This document shows, in pieces, positions 49,821-61,675 of a DNA stretch of 64,000 bases; positions within the stretch are counted from its first letter, which is position 1, and each line of letters starts with the position of its first letter. The notes under the pieces are model-generated. The model was not told where the DNA came from. It did not search any database and saw nothing but the letters and a program-made list of their open reading frames with translations. The translations under genes and the position numbers were made by a program. The stretch covers positions 3,720,001-3,784,000 of the forward strand of contig NC_089433.1 in assembly GCF_026210795.1 (NCBI RefSeq). Direction: 5' to 3'. The DNA comes from Rhizophagus irregularis (taxonomy: Eukaryota).

Positions 49821-51317
49821 TTAAATGAGTTGAAATACTTCATAATCCTCTATTAAAAATTCATCTTCGGTATCCCTTATCTTCTTTTCATAAAAATGCT
49901 GCTTACAAAAAATTTTACTATAATTTACCAACTTGTCTGTTGAGCATATTGTGAGATCATATCCAAATTGTGGTCCACATATAGTGCTATAATCTATTGC
50001 ATAATTTGGATTTTTTACACTGCTAATAACTGCATCTCTATTTTTAAAAGAGAAGATAAAACTATCTTCAGTTTCACCCCAAACACGTGAAGATTCCCAT
50101 ATTAAAGGATTGTATCCACCAATAATTTCTTCTGTTCCTCTTACTTTGATGAATGTAACAGTATAAGGTTTGCCATCACAAAAATCATGAAACTTTTTAG
50201 GAGTAAATCCATTTCGACTTCCTCTTAATAATAATTTAAATTCGTATGGAAAATATAATTCCCTAAAATGTGAAAATTCATAATTAACATCCACTTCATC
50301 AATCCATCTTGAAACTGTTGAAATAATATTTAAATTAACGATTTTCGAATCGATATCAAATTTAATATTTTTTCTAGGAAGTAAAATATTTTCAATTGGA
50401 TTGCTATCAGGATCCATATAAGAATCTATTAAATTTTCATAAAGTTGTTGGTCCAAGAGTTTTCGATACGGTCGAATTTTCTGTGTTATTATTCCAGATG
50501 TTAAACTAAAAAATCTAATTAAAGGTAAACATTGTTGTAAAGTATTTTTCATAGTTTTGAAATCATCATCTGACCAAGTTCTAGGATCTGAAATGAGAGT
50601 TGGATTTTGTGCAAGACCCCATTTTATTACATATTCCCATACTTCAATTTCTTTCATTTGTAAATCATCTCTTTTAATAAGCGAAATTAAAGATGTTTCA
50701 GAAAGTAAAGTGAAATCGAATGATTCAAATATTCTTTCAGGATACTGAGCCATTAAATTTGTACAATATTCTTGAAGTACTAATAAATTATTAGATTGTG
50801 AAATAATTTGTTGAGTTAATCCGAAATTTTGTTCTATCCATTCAGATTTATTTTCAATTAAATATTTTTGTAAATGATCGATTAGTTCTTGAAGACTAAG
50901 TTCATCTGCCGCAGCTAAAACTTTAAGAAAGTCTGAAGTGTCATTTTCATCTAATGAAAGAATACCACCATAAATATATCTATATTAAAAAAAAAAGTTA
51001 ATAATTAAATATTAACTTAATATGTTATCATGGTGTTATTTCAAATAATTATCTTACTCTAAAATAATTTGAAAAATTTCCGGTGATATATTTGGAAATC
51101 TGATATGAACTAAATCATTAGTATTATTGTTCCTGTTATTATTGGAAGCTAAAATTCGTCGTAAATATGGAGAGCGGTAACATAAAATATTCATGTGAGC
51201 ACGAAATATTTTTACGTTAGGATCTTCACCAACTTCAATTGTAATATCATAATATTCATCATCCTTTAATAACACAATAAAATTTTGACTTAATTTTGAA
51301 AAAAATTTGGTAGGCAT
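49821..51317 (-). CDS. BTB/POZ-BACK-TLDc protein (copy 7, most divergent)
   Basis: Exons 51317-51058 and 50979-49821, intron 51057-50980. The frame is continuous through YIYGGILSLDEND..MAQYPER. Confidence 0.9.
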
Positions 51318-51381
51318 TTCGTTAAAAAGAAGAAATCCTTTAAGTTAGAGGAAGACAATATTTATAGTTTTATTGTACTAA

Positions 51382-51410
51382 TTACGCCAATCTGCACAGC
51401 CTGCGGCTAA
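51382..51410 (-). promoter_or_regulatory. Conserved upstream element of the - strand BTB genes (representative copy)
   Basis: TTACGCCAATCTGC.CA..CTGCG.CT (+ strand) recurs at ~51382, 54452, 57555 and 61381. On the gene strand it resembles the AGCCGCAGATT core seen in the + gene element. Confidence 0.5.
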
Positions 51411-52136
51411 GCGGCTTGTTTACAGTATATTTGGAATTACAGTATTAAGAATATTTGTTCAAAATAATTGTTTTCTACTGAATTTATATAAGATGTTATG
51501 ATGTTTGAAGGTTAAAATACTCTACTGAACAATTTGAATAATTTGGCTGAACAAAAACCGCGATTTTGCTAACCGTTTTTTCAAATAGTTAAAATGCTAA
51601 CCGAGCCAATTATCTGTCGCCTGGATTTGAGATCGACAATCAAATTAACGTTAACTGAATCATCATAATGCAGGCTGAATTATTGTTCAAATCACGAGAT
51701 AATTGACGTCATGTTTTATTCAGCGAGAATAAGAAAAAAAAAATGAAGAAAGATTAAAGAATGAATAAAATTTATATTCCATATTATTAGTATAATCCAA
51801 ATATTACTTTTAATAAAGCAAAGTTAATAAATAAGAATCAGCTTCACCTTATTTTTTTTTATTATTACATCTTTAATAAATTTTTAAAACAAAGGAATTA
51901 AAAATAATTTTTAAATATTATAAAATCCATTTAAAGAGTTATATCTACTATGAATTTCAACTTTAATTTAAAATGTAACAGGATAAAACTTATCACTATA
52001 AAATCTCTTATGAATGAATGAAATTTGTTTTCGCCTTTAATAAATAAAAACAAATGCGAGTAATGATTTTTAAGGGAAGCTCAGATTTGGTTTAATAAAT
52101 GTACAGTATATTTATCTAGTAAGAAATTGATTACAT

Positions 52137-53688
52137 TTATTTTCTTATGATTTGAAATACTTCATAATCTTCTATTGAAAAAGCTTCTCTAGTATCTCTT
52201 ATGCTTCTTTCATAAGACATTTTATTACAATAAGTTGTATCAAAAGCTGCAGCAGGGTTATTGATGTTATATATGGTAAGATCGCATCCAAATCTTGGAC
52301 CACATACACCGCTATAATCTAACGCACGACTTGCATCTTTTACATTACTTAAAATCGCATCTTTAATATTCTTATTTTTAAAAGAAAAAATAAAACTATC
52401 ATTAGCTTTACACCATTTGCCGGTAGTTTCCCATTTCAAAGGATTATATCCACCAAGAATTTCTTCATTTCCTTTTACTTTAATAAATGTAACTGTATTA
52501 GCTTTGCCATCACATAATTCATGAAATTTGTTAGGAGTAAATCCATCTCGACTTCCTCTTAATAATAATTTAAATTTATATGGTAAATATAATTCCTCAT
52601 AATTATCATTGCTAATAACCACTTTATCAACCCATTTTGAAACAGTTGAAATAATATTAGAATTAACAATTTTTGAATCAATAATTTGGGAATCATCAAT
52701 TTTAATTTCATTATTCTTAATTTTTCTTGGACTTAAAACGTTGTATTTTGACGCACTACCAGGTTCCAAATAAGAATTTAATAATTCTTCATATAGTTGT
52801 TCATCTAGGAGTTTACGATATGGACGAACTTTTTGCGAGAATTCTAGAGAAGATAAACTAAAAAATCTAATTAAAGGCAAACAGTGTTGTAAGATATTTT
52901 TCATCGTTTTAAAATCATCAACTGACCAAGTTTTAGGATCTGGAATAAGATTTGGATTTTGTGCAAGACCCCATTTTAATACATGTTCCCATACTTCAAT
53001 TTCTTTCATTTGTAAATCATCTCTTTTAATAAGTGAAATTAAAGATTTTTCAGAAAGTGAAGTGAAATCAAAAGAATTGAATATTTTTTCGGGTGATTGA
53101 GCCATAAAATTTGTACAAAATTCTTGAAGTTCTAATAAATTATTAGATTGTGAACTAATTTGTTGAGTAAACCCAAAATGTTGTTCTATCCAATCTGAAT
53201 TATTTTCAATTAAATATTTTTGTAAATAATCAACTAGTTCTTGAAGGTGAAGATTATCTGCAGCGGCCAAAACTTTAAGAGAATCTGAAATGTCATGCGT
53301 ATTCAATGAAAGAATACCACCATAAATATACCTACAGTATAGTATAACAAAAATTTCATGAACGTAAGAGACAATTTTTATTATCCGGTAATATAGTGTA
53401 TATATATTAAATTTAATTAGTAGTAATTACTTACTCTAAAATAATTTGAAATATTTCTGGTGAAATTTTTGGTAATTTTACGTGAGCTAATATATTATCA
53501 TTGTTCTTTTTGTTGGAAGCTAAAATTCGTCGTAAATATGGAGAACGGTAACACAAAATATTCATGTGAGCACGAAATATTTTTACGTTAGGATCTTCAC
53601 CAACTTCAATTGTAATATCATAATATTCATCATCTTTCAATAATTCAATGTAATTTTGACTTAATTTTGAAAAAAATTGGACAGACAT
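52137..53688 (-). CDS. BTB/POZ-BACK-TLDc protein (copy 8)
   Basis: ATG at 53688. Exons 53688-53435 and 53331-52137. Motifs intact. Confidence 0.92.
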
Positions 53689-53761
53689 TTTGTTAAAAAG
53701 AATGAAGTCCCAAGTTGGAAAAGACAATATTTATAATTGTGACTATCGGTGTACTACTATA

Positions 53762-54414
53762 GGGGTAATCTTACCACACTACCCTGTCACAATATAAATA
53801 GTACTTTAAACGTGGTAGTACAGTTGACATATAATGCGGTGACAAATAGAGATCAGGCTAGTAAAAAAAAAACGTCCCTCATAAACATAATAAAATGCAA
53901 AAAGATGGACGTTTCACTGCAGGGTCTAGCTAATTCTGTGGTGACTGTTTGAATTTTTTGAGGGAAAGGGAGAAATAGAGTAGTTTTTATTGTTGTATTT
54001 TCGTTGTTGTTTTTTTTTTGTTTTGAGAAGTGTGAAATGCGTAAGGGAAATGGGTAGTTAGTAATAAAGTATCTATGGGTGGGAGTTTGATGGGGTTTAA
54101 CATTGGCGCTAACGCTTGGTTAAAAAATTGTTAAATCAGGCATATAAATAGTTAGTGTTAAATTTCTGTTTTCTTTTGATGTTGCGAGTAGTTGTAGTGT
54201 TCTTGTTTGTATGTTTTGGTTTTGGTTTTGTTTTTAGTAGATAGATACTTTATTAGAAGATGCACGTCGTCTAGAACATGATGAGTAGTTTCTGCGATCG
54301 TCATGTTATTAATAAAGTTTATGTTAGGAAAAAAAAAATAATAAAAAAACGCAAACATGTCAGCACGTGTCCATGTGACAAAATCATCACAGGGTAGTGT
54401 GGTAAGATTCTTCC
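53762..54414. mobile_element. ~650-bp non-autonomous DNA transposon in the copy 8 promoter
   Basis: TIRs GGGGTAATCTTACCACACTACCCTGT / ACAGGGTAGTGTGGTAAGATTCTTCC. Direct repeat (C)TACTATA on both sides (7-8 bp TSD). Absent from paralogous promoters. Confidence 0.85.
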
Positions 54415-55136
54415 TACTATAGTTGTACTATTATTGTACTACCCATGTTTATTACGCCAATCTGCGCAGTCTGCGGCTAAGCGGTGAATTTATATAATTT
54501 GAATAATTTGGCAGAACAAAATTTCATCATTTATTGAACGTTTTGTAGATTTATTATTTATTTCAACCAGTAAACTTTTAACCGAACCAGTTATCGGTTC
54601 ATTAGTAAATTTTGATCACCTGGAAAAAATTGAGATCGATGAATATATAATGTTGGTTGTGTTGTATCAGTTCTTTACGCTTAAAAATATTAAGCAATTT
54701 ATATGGTTAGGTAGCAGCAGAAGGTTTATTAGTGTATAATTAAACAATGTATTAAACAACGTATCAAAATTATCTGATCAGACGTGTTGTATAGCGCTGT
54801 ACGTCGGCATATACCTCCAAACACGAATAAAGGATTTCACTTGATAAAATTATCACTTTATAACTTTAAAATAAAACTTTATTTATTTCCCTAACATTAC
54901 TACAAGAAAATTGACCTATATTTATAATAAATTATACATATACTGATAAATTCAACATGTTTAATATATCTATTATGACTAACATGTTCAATATGTTGAT
55001 CATGTCCAACATGTTAATTAAGTTCGACATGTTAATACTATGTTAATCATGTTAAACATTTGCAACTTCAGAGTGGCACATGATGATCACATGACAGTTG
55101 AAAAACACGAGTTAATTTATTTATCTTAGACGTTTT

Positions 55137-55519
55137 ATTATCGCTGTTTTCAATTTGGTGCGATCATAGCGTAACACCACTAAAAATAATCAATTTTTAA
55201 AAATTTGTGAATACCCGTGATTTTTTTAAATAATCATCTAGAAAAGGGTTGATTACCTATGGAAATCATGGAAAATTCCCAATTATTTGAGTAGTTTACT
55301 TATAAAAAACTGTTATTGTTACACAAAGTTAAAAAACTTGCGTATAAGTAAACTACTTGAAAAATTAAGATTTTTCTATAATTTCCACTGGTATTCACAG
55401 GTTATCAACTATTTTCTAAATGATTTTTTAGAAAAATCATGGGTATTCACAAAATTTTGATAATCATATTTTTATAGGAGTGCTAGCTGTGATCGCACTA
55501 AATTGAAAACAGCAATAAT
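55137..55519. mobile_element. ~380-bp foldback element (almost entirely inverted repeat)
   Basis: Arms ATTATCGCTGTTTTCAATTTGGTGCGATCATAGC..TTTGTGAATACCC..GTAGTTTACTTATA and TATAAGTAAACTAC..GGGTATTCACAAA..GCTGTGATCGCACTAAATTGAAAACAGCAATAAT. Empty sites at ~51712 and ~57770. Confidence 0.8.
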
Positions 55520-55899
55520 TTAATGAGCATAAGTGAAAAAAGCGAGATTAAAAAGTGAATAAATTTTATATTTCATACATTTCATACACTCATATTATTA
55601 GCACCATTATTCAAAATAGTATAAATCTTTTTCCTTATAAATATTTTTATTTCTTTATTTGATTATTACATCTTTAATAAATTTTTAAATAAAGAAATTA
55701 AAAATAATTTTAAACTGTTATAAAACTCATTAAAAAATTAAGATATCTATCATGAATTTCATTTAATTTAAAATATAACAGCATTAAACTTATCATAATA
55801 TCTTTATAATGAAATTTGTTTTCTCCTCAAATAAATAGTAAGAACAAACGGTTTTTTAAGTTAAGTATAGGATTATCATCTATTTATCTAACATTACAT

Positions 55900-57460
55900 T
55901 TATTTCCTCATAATTTGAAACACTTCATAATCTTCTATTGAAAAATTACATTTAGTACCTCTTATTCTTTTTTCATAATTAATCCTTTGGCAGTAAGTCG
56001 AATCAAAAGGTGTAGATTCATCAGATCTAAGTTTACCATAAGAATTTATGTTAAGATCATGACCAAATTGTGGACCACAGCCACGACTATAATCTAATGC
56101 ATTATTAGCATCTATTACATTACTTAAAATTGCATTTTTAGTATTCTTATTTTTAAAAGAAAAAATAAAACTATCTTTAGAATAACACCATTCGTCAGTA
56201 GTTTCCCATTTCAAAGGATTATATCCACCAAGAATCTCTTCGTTTCCCTCTACTTTAATGAACGTAACAGTTTTGGGTTTACCATCGCATATTTCATGAA
56301 ATTTTTTAGGAGTAAATCCATCTCGACTTCCTCTTAATAATAATTCAAATTTATATGGTAAATATAATTCCCTATTATTATCGTCATTAATAACCACTTT
56401 ATCAACCCATTTTGAAACAGTTGAAATAATATTAGAATCAACAATTTTTGAATCAATAATTTGGGAATCATCAACTTTAATTACATTATTTTTAATTTTT
56501 CTTGGACGTAAAACGTTGTATTTTGATACACTACCAGGTTCCAAATAAGAATTTAATAATTCTTCATATAGTTGTTGATCTAAGAGTTTTTGATATGAAC
56601 GAACTTTTTGCGAAAATTCTAAAGAAGATAAACTAAAAAATCTAATTAAAGGCAAACAGCGTTGCAAGATATTTTTCATCGTTTTGAAATCATCATCTGA
56701 CCAAGTTTTAGGATCTGGAATAAGATTTGGATTTTGTGCAAGACCCCATTTTAATACATGTTCCCATACTTCAATTTCGTTCATTTGTAAATCATCTCTT
56801 TTAATAAGTGAAATTAAAGATTTTTCAGAAAGTGAAGTGAAATCAAAAGAATTGAATATTTTTTCGGGTGATTGAGCCATGAAATTTGTACAAAATTCTT
56901 GAAGTTCTAATAAATTATTAGATAGTGAACTAATTTGTTGTGTAAACCCAAAATGTTGTTCTATCCAATCTGAATTATTTTCAATTAAATATTTTTGTAA
57001 ATAACCAATTAGTTCTTGAAGATGAAGATTATCTGCAGCGACCAAAACTTTAAGAGAATCTGAAATGTCATGTGTATTCAATGAAAGAATACCTCCATAA
57101 ATATACCTACAGTATATAACAAAAATTTCATGAACGTGAGAAACAATTTTTAATATCTGGTAATATAGTGTATATATATTAAATTTAATTAGTGGTAATT
57201 ACTTACTCTAAAATAGTTTGAAATATTTCTGGTGAAATTTTTGGTAATTTTATGTGAGCTAATATATTATCATTGTTCTTTTTGTTGGAAGCTAAAATTC
57301 GTCGTAAATATGGAGAACGGTAACACAAAATATTCATGTGAGCACGAAATATTTTTACGTTAGGATCTTCACCAACTTCAATTGTAATATCATAATATTC
57401 ATCATCCTTTAATAACTCAATAAAATTTTGACTTAATTTTGAAAAAAATTGAGTAGGCAT
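55900..57460 (-). CDS. BTB/POZ-BACK-TLDc protein (copy 9)
   Basis: Exons 57460-57207 and 57106-55900. Motifs intact. Confidence 0.92.
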
Positions 57461-57840
57461 TTCGTTAAAAAGAATAGTCTTAAATTGGAGGAAGACTATT
57501 TATATTTGTTTCATATCCGACCAAATTAGATATTTGTGTACAACGTTAAACTCGTTACGCCAATCTGCATAATCTGCGACTTGTTTTCTCAAAAATTTGG
57601 CTGAACGAAAATTTACTTTATTCAAGAAAGTCTATTTTAATTAACCAAATTATCGGTTCTTTCGATCTCTTGGAAAAAAATTGATTCAAGGTCGACAAAT
57701 TAACATTAGCTGAAATCACTATCGTGCAGGCTGAAATTATTATTCAGATCACGAGATAATTGATGTCGTGTTTTATTTAGTGAACATAAGAAAAGAAGAA
57801 GCGAGAGTAAAAAATGAATAAAATTTATATTCCATATTTA

Positions 57841-59147
57841 CAGATGGTGCCCAAAATTATCCGGCCACTTTTCAAATTTGAAAAACTTATATATGTTAAA
57901 TATGATGAAAATAAAAATTTAAGTTTAACATATTTATTATGCCTTCCTTTATTGAATTTTACAAAAATTTAATAATTGATTCTATTTCCATTTGCGGAAA
58001 TAACTGCATCAACCCTCCGAGGCATACTTTTGATCAGTTTTCTATAATATTCAGGAGGAATGTCATTCCACGCATCTGTAACATACTCCATAAGCACACT
58101 AATGCTAGATGGTGGTGGTGAACGACGTCAAATCATCATCTTCATTTCAGCCCAAATATTTTCTATAGGATTAATATCTGGTGACTGAGCTGGCCAGTCA
58201 AGAGTCACAATCCCAGCATTTTCACGTGCGGCCGTTGCAACTCTTGAACGGTGTGGCGCAGCATTATCCTCCTGAAAGATTCCATTACCCTGTGGAAAAT
58301 GTGTGTGCAAGGTAGGTACAACAAAATCATTAATAACTTGAGCATGCGTTTGGCCAGTAACTGAACCATTTAATGGAACAATTGGCCCAAGGCCGCTCCA
58401 GGAAAAACACCCCCAAAACATTTTGCTAGGACTGTGTTTCACAGTAACTGAAATACAATCAGGATTTAACTCCTCCCCAGGTTCATGCCATACCATCCCC
58501 TGCCGACCCTGTTGAAATTGAGTAAAGGTGCTTTCATCTGAAAATAGGACTCTTTTCCATTTTCTTTCCGTCCAATTTTCATGTTCATAAGCCCACTCAA
58601 GCCGAGCCTGACAATGTGCTTCTGTTATTGCAGGTTTACGACGAGGAACACAGGCTGTAAGTCCAACTTTCTTAAGGTTTCGGCGTATAGTATTATGAGA
58701 AATAGGTTGCTTTGTTTGGGCTGTCCAAGTGGTCGCAATTTTTTTTGAACAAAGTCGACGATTTTCATTGTTTTCTTTAATGAAGGACTTAAGTTTTTGT
58801 TGAGCTGGTGAGTTAAGAAGTGGTGGACGCCCAGTTTGTTTTTTGGTGTTAAAGAGTGAGTTTCACGAAGGCGTTTAAGTATGTCATTAACTGTTGTTTT
58901 CCCACACCCCAGTTGTTTGGCAATTGTGCGACTTGAATGTCACAATTGTGACCGTAAACAATTGCGCCACGAGTTTTTGGGGTAAGTGGTTTCATTTTTC
59001 CGGAAAGTTCCAGAAGAAATGTGGCGCAGAGGATTGTTCATTGTGATTATAAATACAAAATTATTGTTTGTTTACATCATAATAACACGTGATTATCAGC
59101 ATAATTTTGGCAAAATAAAGTGGCCGGATAATTTTGGGCACCATCTG
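57841..59147 (-). mobile_element. Tc1-family (DD34E) DNA transposon, 1307 bp
   Basis: Perfect 31-bp TIRs CAGATGGTGCCCAAAATTATCCGGCCACTTT. TA TSD at 57839-57840 and 59148-59149. Confidence 0.95.
57969..58995 (-). pseudogene. Tc1 transposase pseudogene
   Basis: HTH ..RTIAKQLGCGKTTV.., GRP, FSDES, QEDNA..H and SPDINPIEN with 34 residues between D2 and E. Two 1-bp deletions (~58941, ~58840) and a TGA (probably from CGA) at 58128-58130. Confidence 0.9.
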
Positions 59148-59155
59148 TATTAGTA

Positions 59156-59480
59156 GAAAAAATGTATTTGTAACAGCCTGTTACATATCTTATTTGTAAC
59201 ATCCTTTTTTTATTTTTTTTTAATAATAAATTTAATATGTGTTTCACAAATAAAATTTTTATATGCAAATTTAATTTGGAAAACTTTTACTTAATGTATT
59301 TAAGACAGTTTTATAGACAAAATTTTAAGTTATAAGCAGTTTCTTGAAATTTTTTAAAAAATTCTTTTGTCTTAGTTACACGACTGATCTTTTGTTTTTG
59401 TTTACATTACGCCTGATCTTGGATAAAATTGGGTTGTTACAAATAAGACGCGTAACAGGCTGTTACAATTAGATTTATCC
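59156..59480. mobile_element. 325-bp Mutator-like MITE
   Basis: TIRs of ~50 bp around TTGTAACAGCCTGTTAC..TCTTATTTGTAACA. 9-bp TSD TTATTAGTA: right copy at 59481-59489, left copy reconstituted by removing the Tc1. Confidence 0.75.
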
Positions 59481-59740
59481 TTATTAGTATATGGTCCAAA
59501 ATATTATTTAATTTATTAATAAAGCAAAATTAATAAATATGAATCTTTTTTCTTTAATTAATCTTATTTTGTTTTTTTTTAAATGCAATAGCATTACACT
59601 TATCTGTTATCATAAGATCTCATGAATTACTAAATTTATTTTCGCCTTTAATAAATAAAAACAAACGAGTAATGATTGTCAAAAGAAGTCCAGATTTGGA
59701 AAATTTATCTATTTACCTAATAAAGAATTGATAGAATTTA

Positions 59741-61283
59741 TCACTCGATGATTTGAAATACTTCATAATCTTCTATTGAAAAATTATCTTCGGTATCTCT
59801 TATATTTCTTTCATAAAAATTATTTCTGCAGCAAGTTACACAAAAATCTGTAAACTCATCTGAATTTGAAGTAATTTTATAGGAATTTATGATAAGATCT
59901 TTGCCAAATTGTGGACCCCACACTTCGCCACAAAAAATTGCACCTTTCGCATTTATTACATTGCTTAAAATTGCATCTTTAATATTCTTATTTTTAAAAG
60001 AATAAATAAAACTATCATTAGTTTTACACCATTTGCCAGTAGTTTCCCATTTCAAGGGATTATATCCACCAAGAATTTCTTCATTTCCTTTTACTTTAAT
60101 AAATGTAACTGTATTAGCTTTGCCATCACACAATTCATGAAATTTTTTAGGAGTAAATCCATCTCGACTTCCTCTTAATAATAATTCAAATTTATATGGT
60201 AAATATAATTCCTCATAATTGTCATCATTAATAACCACTTTATCAACCCATTTTGAAACAGTTGAAATAATATTAGAATCGACAATTTTTGAATCAATAA
60301 TTTGAGTTTTGAATTCATTATTCTTAATTTTTCTTGGACGTAAAACGTTGTATTTTGGCACGCTACCAGGTTCCAAATAACAATTCAATAATTCTTCATA
60401 TAGTTGTTGATCTAAGAGTTTTCGATATGGACGAACTTTTTGCGAGAATTCTAGAGAAGATAAACTAAAAAATCTAATTAAAGGCAAACAGTGTTGTAAG
60501 ATATTTTTCATCGTTTTGAAATCATCATCTGACCAAGTTTTAGGATCTGGAATAAGATTTAGATTTTGTGCAAGACCCCATTTCAATACATGTTCCCATA
60601 CTTCAATTTCGTTCATTTGTAAATCATCTCTTTTAATAAGTGAAATTAAAGATTTTTCAGAAAGTGAAGTGAAATCAAAAGAATTGAATATTTTTTCGGG
60701 TGATTGAGCCATAAAATTTGTACAAAATTCTTGAAGTTCTAATAAATTATTAGATTGTGAACTAATTTGTTGAGTAAACCCAAAATGTTGTTCTATCCAA
60801 TCTGAATTATTTTCAATTAAATATTTTTGCAAATAATCAACTAGTTCTTGAAGATGAAGATTATCGGCAGCGGCCAAAACTTTAAGAGAATCTGAAATGT
60901 CATGTGTATTCGATGAAAGAACACCACCATAAATATACCTACAGTATAAAAAAATTTCATGAACGTAAACAATTTTTATTACCAGGTTATATGGTGTATA
61001 TTTATCAAATTTAATTAGTAATTACTTACTCTAAAATAGTTTGAAATATTTCTGGTGAAATTTTTGGTAATTTTATGTGAGCTAATATATTATCATTGTT
61101 CTTTTTGTTGGAAGCTAAAATTCGTCGTAAATATGAAGAACGGTAACACAAAATATTCATGTGAGCACGAAATATTTTTACGTTAGGATCTTCACCAACT
61201 TCAATTGTAATATCATAATATTCATCATCTTTTAATAATTCAATGTAATTTTGACTTAATTTTGAAAAAAATTGGGCAGACAT
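59741..61283 (-). CDS. BTB/POZ-BACK-TLDc protein (copy 10)
   Basis: Exons 61283-61030 and 60938-59741. Motifs intact. Confidence 0.92.
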
Positions 61284-61449
61284 TTTGTTAAGAAGAATAA
61301 AGTCCTAAGTTGGGGAAAGACAATATTTATATTTGTTTCATATTTATTAATGTCTGTACAACGTTAAACTCGTTAATTTGTTACGCCAATCTGCACAATC
61401 TGCGGCTTGTAAATTATTTTTATAGATTAGTTTTTGAATCAACCTAACC

Positions 61450-61675
61450 ATAATTCCTTTCCATTTTTGATCTAAATTTCTGTAATGAAGTTTTTTTGAA
61501 AAATTCAAAAATTTTTCAAAATTTCTCTATTCATGAAAGTTGAAAAATTCAAAAAAAAAATTTCAAAATGAAAATGGAAATTACCTTCCATTTTTAATCT
61601 AAATCGTTTGAAAATTTCAGAAAAAAACTTCAAAAATGAAAATAGAAATCACCTTCCATTTTGATCTAAATTTTT
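61450..61675. repeat. Degenerate tandem repeat (3 copies)
   Basis: CCTTCCATTTT(T)(G/A)ATCTAAAT at ~61457, 61584 and 61652, inside a ~950-bp segment not seen in paralogous promoters. Confidence 0.5.

Noticed and set aside
10611..60707. Recurrent antisense ORFs MKSSSDQ.. (10611, 14293, 28803, 31629, 41353, 50557, 56684, 60516) and MKYFVI..-type ORFs
   Set aside because: They are shadows of the conserved BACK/TLDc codons on the opposite strand, mostly with non-ATG starts. No independent evidence.
4776..61283. Diversity-generating retroelement (RT next to C-terminally variable genes)
   Set aside because: The RT is a LINE-type APE-RT-RNaseH with its own TSD and tail. There is no near-identical TR/VR pair differing only at adenines, and the variation includes indels. 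All intact copies retain their intron, so they are not retrocopies.
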